Assembly (NCBI GenBank): GCA_035719105.1
Contig: DASTGN010000004.1
Location: 741,252 to 805,251, forward strand
Length of the DNA stretch: 64,000 bases
Source: Bacteroidales bacterium
Lineage (GTDB): Bacteria; Bacteroidota; Bacteroidia; Bacteroidales; UBA1402
Direction: 5' to 3'
Part shown: one piece after another, positions 28,445 through 37,035 of the stretch
Layout: the number at the start of each line of letters is the position of its first letter
How positions within the stretch are numbered: position 1 is the first letter of the stretch
The notes under the pieces: generated by a model
Seen by the model: the letters and a program-made list of their open reading frames with translations, nothing else
What the model was told of the DNA's origin: nothing
The model's database searches: none
Translations under genes and position numbers: made by a program

Positions 28445-28477
28445 AAAAAAGCCGATTTGCAAAAGTCGGCTTTTTTT
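28445..28477. terminator. bidirectional terminator between ackA and lpxH
   Basis: aaaaaagccgattt gcaa aagtcggctttttt, with A/T runs on both sides. Confidence 0.75.
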
Positions 28478-29225
28478 ATTCTTCGAAACGAAGCAATTCG
28501 AAATCGGTACCGTCGAAACTGGCATAGGTGAACAGGTGAAACCAATCTCCCAGAATGATCACCCGACTTTTTCCAGAAATCATGAGGTCCAATAAGATGT
28601 GACGGTGACCGAAAATGTAGAAATCGGCAGCGTCGGTGCCTTTTAATGTGGCCTCTTTTTTAGAAAACTGAATCAGGTATTCCTTGTCTTCGCCCAGGTA
28701 AACTTCTGGGTTGTATTCACGCTTTTTGCGGCTGTGCTTGGCCCAGTTCAAGCCAAACTTCATTCCTAAGTCCGGGTGCATCCAGGAAAACAGTTTCTGG
28801 CTCACTTTGCTGTGGAAAACCTTACGGAGCATTCTGAATTGCTTGGATGGATCTCCAAGGCCATCCCCATGCGCGAGGTAAAACTTTTTGCCCTGAATGG
28901 TGATTTCCATCTCCTGAAAGTAAACAGTTACACCTAATTCGTTCTGAACATAATTGAACAGCCAGATGTCGTGATTACCCGAGAACCAATAAACCGGAAT
29001 TCCGGCATCGGTAAATTCGGCTATTTTACCAAAAAAACGGCAATATCCTTTCGGTACGACTTGCTTGTATTCAAACCAAAAATCTATCATATCGCCCAAT
29101 AAATAGAGGGCTTCGCAATTCGGTCGGATACTGTCCATCCAACGAACCAATTTTTTTTCATTGGCCAGTCTGTCTTCCAGATACAGCGAACCCAGGTGGG
29201 CATCCGATACGAAATAGGTCTTCAT
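28476..29225 (-). CDS. lpxH: UDP-2,3-diacylglucosamine diphosphatase (LpxH-like metallophosphoesterase)
   Basis: FVSDAHLG, LLGDMIDFW, GNHD, HGD, GHRH motifs. Confidence 0.85.
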   Translation of the reverse strand: MKTYFVSDAHLGSLYLEDRLANEKKLVRWMDSIRPNCEALYLLGDMIDFWFEYKQVVPKGYCRFFGKIAEFTDAGIPVYWFSGNHDIWLFNYVQNELGVTVYFQEMEITIQGKKFYLAHGDGLGDPSKQFRMLRKVFHSKVSQKLFSWMHPDLGMKFGLNWAKHSRKKREYNPEVYLGEDKEYLIQFSKKEATLKGTDAADFYIFGHRHILLDLMISGKSRVIILGDWFHLFTYASFDGTDFELLRFEE

Positions 29226-29235
29226 GCCTGGCAGG

Positions 29236-29553
29236 TTAGAGGAATCCGAGTTCCAGTTTTGCTTCTTCGCTCATCATGTCCTTATCCCAGGCAGGGTCAA
29301 AGACCAAATTGATGGTGAGATTCTTGACACCTTCCACGGATTCTACCTTCATTCGGACATCTTCCAAAATAAAATCAGCTGCCGGGCAATTTGGAGCAGT
29401 AAAGGTCATATCGAGCAAGACTTCGCCTTCTGTGGGAATTTCAATCTTGTAAATCATCCCCAGGTCGTAAATGTTGACAGGGATTTCTGGATCGTACACT
29501 GTTTTTAGCATGCGTACGATGGCTTCTTCTGTATGTAATAATGGAGTTTCCAT
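29236..29553 (-). CDS. DUF59/SufT-like Fe-S cluster assembly protein
   Basis: VYDPEIPVNIYDLGMIY...TAPNCPAA. The ATG at 29553 (105 aa) is preferred over the track start at 29628, which overlaps radC. Confidence 0.8.
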   Translation of the reverse strand: METPLLHTEEAIVRMLKTVYDPEIPVNIYDLGMIYKIEIPTEGEVLLDMTFTAPNCPAADFILEDVRMKVESVEGVKNLTINLVFDPAWDKDMMSEEAKLELGFL

Positions 29554-29570
29554 ATATGCGGGTTTTGCAA

Positions 29571-29578
29571 CAAAGATA
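29571..29578 (-). promoter_or_regulatory. Bacteroidetes -7 promoter box
   Basis: TATCTTTG on the minus strand; 17 nt gap to the ATG at 29553. Confidence 0.45.
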
Positions 29579-29605
29579 GAGGTTTTTCTGAAAAATAATC
29601 GTTTA

Positions 29606-30319
29606 TCAAAGTTTGCCTTCATCCGCATAACTGTAATAGCTGCTTTCGCAAATTACGAGATGATCGGTAAGCTGCATGTCTAAGTTTTGACAAGCGAGTT
29701 TGAGTTTTTGAGTGATTTTGTCATCGCATGAGCTTGGATAGGGGTTTCCCGACGGGTGATTGTGGCATAAAACCAAGGAGGAAGCCAACTTTCCAAGTGC
29801 ATGCTTTAGTACTATTTTTGGATCTACGGTGGTTTCGGATACTCCACCATGACTGATGCGTATGGTATCAATGATGCGGTGTTGGTTGTTCATTAGAAGC
29901 ACCCAACATTCTTCGTGGTCGAGATCGGCCATTTTTGAATGAAACAATTCGTAAATGTCCCTGCTGTTGCGAATTTGAATCCGCTTTACCACTTCCGACG
30001 TGCGTCGACGTTTCCCAATCTCCAGTGCGGCGACTATGGTGACAGCCTTGACAGGACCCACGCCGTGGAACTCCTTGCACATGGTTTCTATGCTGAGTTT
30101 TCCCAGTTCATTCAGGTTGTTGTTTGCGGCTACCAAAATACGTTTAGCCAAGTCTACTGCACTTTCCCTGGTGGTACCCGAACCCAGCAGAATCGCCAGT
30201 AGTTCGGCATTACTGAGTGCCTCGACCCCGTTTTTCATCAGCTTTTCTCTTGGCCTGTCGTCCAATGCCCATTCGCGTATGCTGAACCGGCCCTCCAATT
30301 CATCGCTGTCTTCTTTCAT
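29606..30319 (-). CDS. radC: RadC-family JAMM-motif protein (UPF0758)
   Basis: HhH N-terminal part plus the HNHPSGNPYPSSCD JAMM motif. Confidence 0.9.
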   Translation of the reverse strand: MKEDSDELEGRFSIREWALDDRPREKLMKNGVEALSNAELLAILLGSGTTRESAVDLAKRILVAANNNLNELGKLSIETMCKEFHGVGPVKAVTIVAALEIGKRRRTSEVVKRIQIRNSRDIYELFHSKMADLDHEECWVLLMNNQHRIIDTIRISHGGVSETTVDPKIVLKHALGKLASSLVLCHNHPSGNPYPSSCDDKITQKLKLACQNLDMQLTDHLVICESSYYSYADEGKL

Positions 30320-30341
30320 CTTTATTGAATTTAGTTTTCAA

Positions 30342-30349
30342 CAAAGATA
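30342..30349 (-). promoter_or_regulatory. Bacteroidetes -7 promoter box
   Basis: TATCTTTG on the minus strand; 22 nt gap to the radC ATG. Confidence 0.5.
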
Positions 30350-30383
30350 CAATAAAATAACAAAAAAGAAATATAATATCACG

Positions 30384-30417
30384 AAAAAAACCGGAACGTT
30401 TCAATTGATTCCGGTTT
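30384..30417 (-). terminator. rho-independent terminator of efp
   Basis: aaccggaa / ttccggtt stem followed by T7 on the minus strand. Confidence 0.75.
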
Positions 30418-30426
30418 CAATAAGGT

Positions 30427-30990
30427 TTAGCGCACGCGTTCTGCGTATGAACCGTCTCTGGTGTCCACTTTGATTTTTTCGCCTACTTCAATGAACAGGG
30501 GAACACGGACGGTTGCTCCTGTTTCGACGGTAGCGGGTTTCAATGTATTGGTGGCCGTATCTCCACGGAGACCTGGCTCAGTGTAAGTTACCTCAAGAAT
30601 CACATGGGTTGGCATGTCAGCATACAAAACAGTTTCTGACTCAGCATGTAAAACCACTTCCAAATGATCACCTTCTTTCATGAATTCGACACCATTGATG
30701 CAATCTTTGTTGATGGAAATTTGTTCGAATGTTTCGTTGTTCATGAAGTTGTAACCCATATCATCTTTATAAAGAAATTGATAGGGTCTGCGTTCGATGC
30801 GAACTTCTTCAATCTTTACTCCGGCGTTGAAAGTGCGTTCCAAAGTGCGTCCAGTAACGACGTTTTTCATTTTTGTGCGCACAAAAGCAGCACCTTTGCC
30901 TGGTTTGACATGTAGGAATTCGGTGATGAAGTAATACTGCCCGTCTATGTCGAGACACATGCCGTTGCGGATGTCAGCTGTAGTTGCCAT
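30427..30990 (-). CDS. efp: elongation factor P
   Basis: 187 aa; [20 protein letters not shown]...[15 protein letters not shown]. Confidence 0.95.
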   Translation of the reverse strand: MATTADIRNGMCLDIDGQYYFITEFLHVKPGKGAAFVRTKMKNVVTGRTLERTFNAGVKIEEVRIERRPYQFLYKDDMGYNFMNNETFEQISINKDCINGVEFMKEGDHLEVVLHAESETVLYADMPTHVILEVTYTEPGLRGDTATNTLKPATVETGATVRVPLFIEVGEKIKVDTRDGSYAERVR

Positions 30991-31139
30991 TTTATAATGT
31001 ATTGATTTTAATTTGTTTCGCTTTTTTCAAAAAGGAGTGCAAATATCGGAACAATCTCCAAATTAAGCAAATTTTGGTACATTTTCGTACGCAGTTCAAA
31101 AAAATAGCTCGAAGGGTTGCGAATTGCCAAAAATAGTTC

Positions 31140-31147
31140 TACTTTTG
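31140..31147 (+). promoter_or_regulatory. Bacteroidetes -7 promoter box
   Basis: TACTTTTG; 51 nt gap to the rpmH ATG. Confidence 0.45.
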
Positions 31148-31198
31148 CAAGCCGAAAACGCATATAATAAATAACAGAACATCATATCCATCAGTCTT

Positions 31199-31357
31199 AT
31201 GAAAAGGACCTTCCAACCCTCTAACAGAAAAAGAGCGAACAAACATGGTTTTCGCTCCAGAATGGCTTCCGCAAACGGACGTCGCGTATTAGCCAACCGT
31301 CGTGCAAACGGTCGTAAGAAATTAACCGTTTCCGATGAAGAACGTCTGAGAGGTTAA
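31199..31357 (+). CDS. rpmH: 50S ribosomal protein L34
   Basis: Not in the ORF track (52 aa). My translation: [52 protein letters not shown]. It lies antisense to the spurious track ORF 31096..31296. Confidence 0.92.
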   Translation: MKRTFQPSNRKRANKHGFRSRMASANGRRVLANRRANGRKKLTVSDEERLRG

Positions 31358-31385
31358 AAGAAACCCTTTGAAAAATAAATAAAAA

Positions 31386-31416
31386 AGTAAAGATCGAGAG
31401 GTCTTTACTTTTTTTG
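31386..31416 (+). terminator. rho-independent terminator of rpmH
   Basis: agtaaaga(t)c gagag gtctttact followed by T7. Confidence 0.7.
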
Positions 31417-31446
31417 TTTAATGGCCAGCCTTTCTTTGTTTTTTAG

Positions 31447-31454
31447 TACTTTTG
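31447..31454 (+). promoter_or_regulatory. Bacteroidetes -7 promoter box
   Basis: TACTTTTG; 37 nt gap to the ATG at 31492. Confidence 0.5.
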
Positions 31455-31491
31455 AACATTCCCAAAATCGAGTTTCCAAAATGGTGGTAAT

Positions 31492-32307
31492 ATGAGATAC
31501 GCTATTAAACGCATCCTTAAACATGTTCTGATTTTTGCGCTGATACTCACTGCGCTGTTGATTGCTGTGACCTTTTCGCTAAGAAGTTATACCCAACACG
31601 ATTCCGTCATCGTTGTGCCTGATGTCACTACCCTGACTGTGGATGAAGCTTCGCCCTTCATCGATAAAAAAGGTTTGCGCTACAAAATTGTGGATTCCAT
31701 ACGCGTTTCTACAGCCAGACCAGGTGTCATTCTGGAACAAAAACCACTTCCAGGTTCACGAGTCAAGCAGAATCGCTTTATATTCCTCACCATCAACGCA
31801 ACCTCAGAAGAAAAAATCATTTTCCCCGATGTCAAGGATTTTTCTCAGCGTCAAGCAGTTGCTACGCTCGAAGCCAATGGTATCCACGTTGGCAGCATCG
31901 AATTCATGCCTTCGGAATACCGGGATTTGGTGCTTGGTGTCCGTTATCAAGGTAGAAATATCCCTGCTGGATTCCGCTTGCCAAAGAATTCTTCTGTCAC
32001 TTTAGTGGTAGGGCAGGGCGCTACTGTCGGTGAAATCACCGTGCCCAGTTTGCACGGTTGTTACATGCTGGAAGCCAATGAAAGGGCTCATGCCAGCAGC
32101 TTGAACATTGGCAACATCTATTACGACGTGACCCCGGTCAACTCAGATGCTGCGAAGAAATACAAAATATACAGACAAGTTCCTATTACCGGCAGTTCAG
32201 CGAGTGTCGGAAAAAATATTGATGTATGGATGACGACGGACGAAAACATATTGCAGGAACCGGACGAAGTGTTCGTTCCCGAAGACACGGTTGGAACCAA
32301 TAACTGA
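31492..32307 (+). CDS. membrane-anchored protein with three PASTA-like domains
   Basis: 271 aa. N-terminal TM segment, then three ~65-aa repeats each starting [IV]xVP[DS][VL] (VIVPDVTTLTVDEA, IIFPDVKDFSQRQA, ITVPSLHGCYMLEA). No kinase or transpeptidase domain. Confidence 0.75.
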   Translation: MRYAIKRILKHVLIFALILTALLIAVTFSLRSYTQHDSVIVVPDVTTLTVDEASPFIDKKGLRYKIVDSIRVSTARPGVILEQKPLPGSRVKQNRFIFLTINATSEEKIIFPDVKDFSQRQAVATLEANGIHVGSIEFMPSEYRDLVLGVRYQGRNIPAGFRLPKNSSVTLVVGQGATVGEITVPSLHGCYMLEANERAHASSLNIGNIYYDVTPVNSDAAKKYKIYRQVPITGSSASVGKNIDVWMTTDENILQEPDEVFVPEDTVGTNN

Positions 32308-32310
32308 TCC

Positions 32311-33417
32311 ATGCTTGAAGAAATGATTGATCTGACCGAAGATCCGGATGAAATCGATTATATTGACGACGAACCGGATGACGAGCCTGTTTCTACCGAA
32401 CTGGAAAACGTGGGACAGCTTTACGAACAATACCGTTTTGTAGCCGATGCCGGCCAAACGTTGCTCCGTATCGATAAATTTTTGGTTTGCCGCATCACCA
32501 AAGTTTCCCGCAACCGAATTCAGGACGCAGCCGATGCTGGTTTTGTCATGGTAAATGGTGTATCGGTAAAGTCCAATTATCGGGTGAAGCCGAACGATGT
32601 CGTGACTGTAATGGTGACCCGACCACCAATCGATACCGAACTGATTCCGGAAGATATTCCGCTCGACATTCTTTACGAGGACAACGACCTGCTGGTTGTG
32701 AACAAACCAGCCGGTATGGTGGTGCATCCTGGCCACGGCAATTTCAATGGTACTTTAGTGAACGCATTGGCTTGGTATTTCAAGGAACACCCCGAATTTC
32801 CTACCGACGATCCCCGTCCAGGCTTGGTACACCGCATTGACAAAAATACCTCTGGTTTGTTGGTCGTAGCCAAAAATCCTGAAGCAAAAGCTCATTTGGG
32901 TTGGCAATTTTTCCACAAAACAACCCATCGACTTTATACAACGTTGGTTTGGGGAACGATGCCGGCAGAAACGGGTACCATTATCGGAAATATCGGACGC
33001 AATCCAAAAGATCGTCTGCAAATGACTGTATTTGAAGATGGTAGTGATGGCAAACCTGCTGTAACACATTATCGGGTCTTGGAAAATCTCGGTTATGTAT
33101 CCTTGATCGAATGCCGTTTGGAAACAGGTAGAACCCACCAGATTCGTGCCCATATGAAACACATCGGTCATCCGATTTTCAACGATTTCCGATATGGAGG
33201 AAATGAAATATTAAAGGGTACAACCTTTGCCAAATACAAGCAATTTGTCAAAAATTGTTTCGATATTTGTCCTAGGCAAGCCCTTCACGCCAGAACCCTT
33301 GGATTCAAGCATCCAGTGACTGGAGAGGAGATGCTTTTCGAGTGTCCGCTGCCAGAAGATATGACTGCCTTAATTGAAAAATGGAAAGGCTATGTGGCCT
33401 TCAGAGATATAGAATAA
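32311..33417 (+). CDS. rluD: RluA/RluD-family 23S rRNA pseudouridine synthase
   Basis: S4-like domain plus catalytic HRIDKNTSGLLVVAK and GRTHQIRAH motifs. Acidic ~40-aa N-terminal extension. Confidence 0.9.
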   Translation: MLEEMIDLTEDPDEIDYIDDEPDDEPVSTELENVGQLYEQYRFVADAGQTLLRIDKFLVCRITKVSRNRIQDAADAGFVMVNGVSVKSNYRVKPNDVVTVMVTRPPIDTELIPEDIPLDILYEDNDLLVVNKPAGMVVHPGHGNFNGTLVNALAWYFKEHPEFPTDDPRPGLVHRIDKNTSGLLVVAKNPEAKAHLGWQFFHKTTHRLYTTLVWGTMPAETGTIIGNIGRNPKDRLQMTVFEDGSDGKPAVTHYRVLENLGYVSLIECRLETGRTHQIRAHMKHIGHPIFNDFRYGGNEILKGTTFAKYKQFVKNCFDICPRQALHARTLGFKHPVTGEEMLFECPLPEDMTALIEKWKGYVAFRDIE

Positions 33418-33419
33418 TC

Positions 33420-34397
33420 ATGGAATTACGTAAAATTGCCATCGTTTGCGGGGGTGATTCCTCCGAAATGGAAATTTCCCTCAAAAGTGCCCACGGGTTA
33501 AATTCGTTCATCAATCACGACCTGTATCGAGTTTGGATCATTGTGATTCAATCTGGCAACTGGTATGTCCGGCTGGACGAAAAGCGAACAGCTCCCATTG
33601 ACAAGAACGACTTTAGTTTCAACAACGAAGGGACAAGAACCAGATTCGACTTTGCTTGGATCACCATTCACGGCACACCCGGTGAAGATGGTAGACTACA
33701 AGGTTATTTCGATCTGATTGGCTTGCCATACAGCTGTTGTGGCGTTCTGGCAGCATCCATTACGTTCAATAAGTTTGTCTGCAATCAATTCTTAAAGGGT
33801 TTCGGAGTGAAAATTGCCGAATCCGTCCTGTTGCGTCGTGGCCAGACCATCACCGACGAGCAAGTCGTAGAAACCATCGGACTGCCATGTTTCATCAAGT
33901 GTAATGTAGGCGGTTCCAGCTTTGGCGTGACCAAAGTCAAGTTGGTTACTGAGATTCAAGCTGCGATTGACCGAGCCTTTGCCGAAGGGCCTGAAGTCAT
34001 CATCGAAGCATTCATGAGCGGAACAGAAGTCACCTGTGGTTGCTACAAGACCAAAAAAGCAACCCACCTTCTACCGGTTACCGAAGTGGTGAGTGAGAAC
34101 GAGTTTTTTGATTATGATGCCAAATATAAGGGGCAAGTTCAGGAAATCACACCCGCCCGAATTACTGACGAAACCAGAGACCGCATCCAATCCATCACTT
34201 CGCACATTTACGACATACTTGGTTGTAAAGGCATCATTCGTGCCGATTACATCATCACCAAGGATGGCATTAAGTTGCTTGAAGTCAATACCACACCCGG
34301 CATGACTACCACCAGTTTCATTCCCCAACAGGTTGCTGCGGCCGGAATGGATATGGGCGACGTCATGGCTGAAATCATCGAAGATAGTTTCAATTAA
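33420..34397 (+). CDS. ddl: D-alanine--D-alanine ligase
   Basis: MELRKIAIVCGGDSSEMEISLKSA..., ATP-grasp fold. The ATG at 33420 lies just after the rluD stop; the track start at 33381 overlaps rluD. Confidence 0.92.
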   Translation: MELRKIAIVCGGDSSEMEISLKSAHGLNSFINHDLYRVWIIVIQSGNWYVRLDEKRTAPIDKNDFSFNNEGTRTRFDFAWITIHGTPGEDGRLQGYFDLIGLPYSCCGVLAASITFNKFVCNQFLKGFGVKIAESVLLRRGQTITDEQVVETIGLPCFIKCNVGGSSFGVTKVKLVTEIQAAIDRAFAEGPEVIIEAFMSGTEVTCGCYKTKKATHLLPVTEVVSENEFFDYDAKYKGQVQEITPARITDETRDRIQSITSHIYDILGCKGIIRADYIITKDGIKLLEVNTTPGMTTTSFIPQQVAAAGMDMGDVMAEIIEDSFN

Positions 34398-34409
34398 TAA
34401 ATAGGCCTT

Positions 34410-35561
34410 ATGGAATCCCACAAATACGATGATATCCGCCCTTTTAGGGACGAAGAATTGCCTGATGCCATCAACCGTCTTTTGCAGGACCCCATGTTCA
34501 ATGCAGTCCTTCAGCATGTGGCACCCATCCTTCCGCTGGAAAAACTGAAATCAGATCTGCGTGCGCTTAAAACCATTTACGAATTTCAACATACGGTCAT
34601 CCATACTTTTGTAACCGGATTGGGCAAAAGAACTTGCGATGCTCTGGATTTGGCTGGATTCAAATACCTTGACAAGTCCAAAAGCTACACCTATGTGACC
34701 AACCACAGGGATATCGTATTGGATTCGGCTTTTTTGAATATTCTAATGATTGACAAAGGTATCGACACCTTCGAAATAGCCATTGGCGACAATTTGTTGA
34801 TACACCCCTGGATCAGTGATTTGGTGCGCATCAACAAAAGCTTCCTCGTAAAAAGAGACTTGCCGGTTCGGCAACAATTGGCCTGTTCATTAGAGCTCTC
34901 CTCCTACATTTACAATCGGGTAGTAGAGAATAACGTTTCTGTTTGGATGGCCCAACGGGAAGGTAGAGCGAAGGATTCAGACGACCGTACTCAAGAAAGT
35001 GTCCTGAAGATGTTAAATTTGGGGGGTAGCGGTAGCGTTTTAGAAAATCTGGCATCTTTGAATTTAGTACCTGTTACCATTTCGTATGAATACGATCCTT
35101 GTGACTACCTTAAAGCCAAAGAAATGCAGCTGAAAAGAGATGATCCGGATTTTAAAAAGACACAAAAAGAAGATCTCTTGAACATGATGACGGGTATGAT
35201 GGGATACAAAGGACGGGTTTTTTACAAGATCAGCCCCTGCATCTCGAACGAACTTCTAAACATGGAGAGTGAAATGCACAAGAACGAATTGTTTTCCAAA
35301 ATTGCCAAACTGATGGACAATCGGATTCATCGGAACTACCATCTGTATCCGGGCAATTACATTGCCACCGACATGCTTGATGGTTTGGATACCTTTGCCC
35401 ACTGCTATTCGGTTAAGGAGAAAGAACAATTCGCTTCTTATCTCGAAAAACAATTGAGCAAGATCGATCTTGAAGGAAAGGATGAAACTTTCTTACGTAA
35501 GAGAATGCTTGAAATGTACTCGAATCCGCTTAAAAATAAACTGGAAGCAGATAAAAAATAA
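34410..35561 (+). CDS. PlsC-family acyltransferase (HX4D) with a long C-terminal extension
   Basis: 383 aa; NHRDIVLD acyltransferase motif. Substrate not inferable from sequence. Confidence 0.7.
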   Translation: MESHKYDDIRPFRDEELPDAINRLLQDPMFNAVLQHVAPILPLEKLKSDLRALKTIYEFQHTVIHTFVTGLGKRTCDALDLAGFKYLDKSKSYTYVTNHRDIVLDSAFLNILMIDKGIDTFEIAIGDNLLIHPWISDLVRINKSFLVKRDLPVRQQLACSLELSSYIYNRVVENNVSVWMAQREGRAKDSDDRTQESVLKMLNLGGSGSVLENLASLNLVPVTISYEYDPCDYLKAKEMQLKRDDPDFKKTQKEDLLNMMTGMMGYKGRVFYKISPCISNELLNMESEMHKNELFSKIAKLMDNRIHRNYHLYPGNYIATDMLDGLDTFAHCYSVKEKEQFASYLEKQLSKIDLEGKDETFLRKRMLEMYSNPLKNKLEADKK

Positions 35562-35580
35562 AATCGACAGGACGTAAACT

Positions 35581-36342
35581 ATGAAAAGAAGAATTTATGT
35601 TTTGGCAATGGCATGTTTGGCTTTTGCCTTGACCTCTTGCCTGAATCAAGGTGACGATTCGAACGTTAAACCGGATTACATTTGTATGGTGAATGTCACA
35701 ACTGGTGGCGTTAATCCTGTGTTTCAAATGGATGGAGGTTCATTTCTAACTCCGGATGCAACGATGCCAGCCGATACCTTTCAGGTGGGCGAACGTTATT
35801 TTATTGACTTTTATTTGGGGGACTCGACAAACCATACCCCTGGAACATACCCCATTAGCCTGATACGCTATAATAAGACGATCGTGAAAAACATGATTGA
35901 GCTTCAAAAAGACTCTGTTGATTTATGGGGTAACAAACCAATTGGCAATTTATATCCTTCGTTTTCCGGACACTATTTCAACGCATTTTTTGTATCCTAT
36001 GCCGGACTAACGACTCCGAATACCTTTGAGTTTATACGAATGAAGGCTGACGAACATACTTCACCGACTGATACGGTTCCCAATTTGTCTTTCCATTTGC
36101 GCCACAATGTAGAGTCTGTGGCAACCGGTATGGTCTATTACCGCATTTACAGCTTTGATGTAAGCAGTCTTACTACAGAGTTTCCGAATGCATATAAATT
36201 CAAAATCAAAGTCAGTTGGGATGACGCCAATTTTGGTTGGTCGAATTATACCCAATATTATATTCCAAATCAACAAATAACCTTACCGGACCTACTTTCC
36301 ACCAATAGAAAAAGCATAGATTTAGAACCGGTATCGTTCTAA
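35581..36342 (+). CDS. lipoprotein, NigD-like (tentative)
   Basis: Lipobox FALTSC. Shares FxxG[ED]RY and later blocks with the next gene. Confidence 0.55.
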   Translation: MKRRIYVLAMACLAFALTSCLNQGDDSNVKPDYICMVNVTTGGVNPVFQMDGGSFLTPDATMPADTFQVGERYFIDFYLGDSTNHTPGTYPISLIRYNKTIVKNMIELQKDSVDLWGNKPIGNLYPSFSGHYFNAFFVSYAGLTTPNTFEFIRMKADEHTSPTDTVPNLSFHLRHNVESVATGMVYYRIYSFDVSSLTTEFPNAYKFKIKVSWDDANFGWSNYTQYYIPNQQITLPDLLSTNRKSIDLEPVSF

Positions 36343-36356
36343 CTTAAACTTGCTTT

Positions 36357-37028
36357 ATGCCCAAATTCTACGGTTATTCGATTCTTTCTGTCTTGGCACT
36401 TTTCTTTGCCACAGGCTGTACGAACGAAGACTTGAGCAACAACACCTACTACGAAAGTGCCTGGTGTGTGGTTCAAGGCAGGGGCAGCCAAATCTCACTT
36501 CTGACCGATCAGAAAGATATTCTAAAACCGACTGAATCACTGGATAGTGCCCATTTCCAGGCTGGTGATCGCTATCGTGTTTTATACATTACGTTGGGTA
36601 ATCAAGCCAATTATTCTACAGTTTCCGGTTCTAAATTGGTGAAGATATCAGGAGTACCACAACCGGTTTTGGTTTCAGACGTGATCCAACACAGTTTGTT
36701 CTCGGGTTCCATCATGGATACTGTTTTGCTGAATGACAAGCCATTTTTAGGAGGTGGCTTTCTAAATTTTGATTTCAAATTTCGTGCTTCCAATTCGGTC
36801 ATCAAACATGGTATTTACCTGTTGCAGGATTCCTTGGTCCATCGTAAAATGTACCTTCGGTTTGGGCATCACGCCAACAACGATGTGACAGGTCCTTTGG
36901 AATCGGCATTGGCCTCCTTTCCAATCTCAAGTCTAAAGCATGCCTCAGATGCTGACAGTTTGATTATCTCGTTGCTGGGTGATACCAAATTTCAAAACAA
37001 TCGGGTTGCATTAAAGGACACTCTATAA
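36357..37028 (+). CDS. lipoprotein, NigD-like paralogue (tentative)
   Basis: Lipobox FFATGC. HFQAGDRYRVLYITLGN aligns with TFQVGERYFIDFYLGD of the upstream gene. Confidence 0.55.
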   Translation: MPKFYGYSILSVLALFFATGCTNEDLSNNTYYESAWCVVQGRGSQISLLTDQKDILKPTESLDSAHFQAGDRYRVLYITLGNQANYSTVSGSKLVKISGVPQPVLVSDVIQHSLFSGSIMDTVLLNDKPFLGGGFLNFDFKFRASNSVIKHGIYLLQDSLVHRKMYLRFGHHANNDVTGPLESALASFPISSLKHASDADSLIISLLGDTKFQNNRVALKDTL

Positions 37029-37035
37029 AGTTGGT

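Noticed and set aside
31096-31296. A 66-aa track ORF on the minus strand.
   Set aside because: The opposite strand encodes a canonical ribosomal protein L34 with its own promoter box and terminator, so the minus-strand ORF is a shadow.
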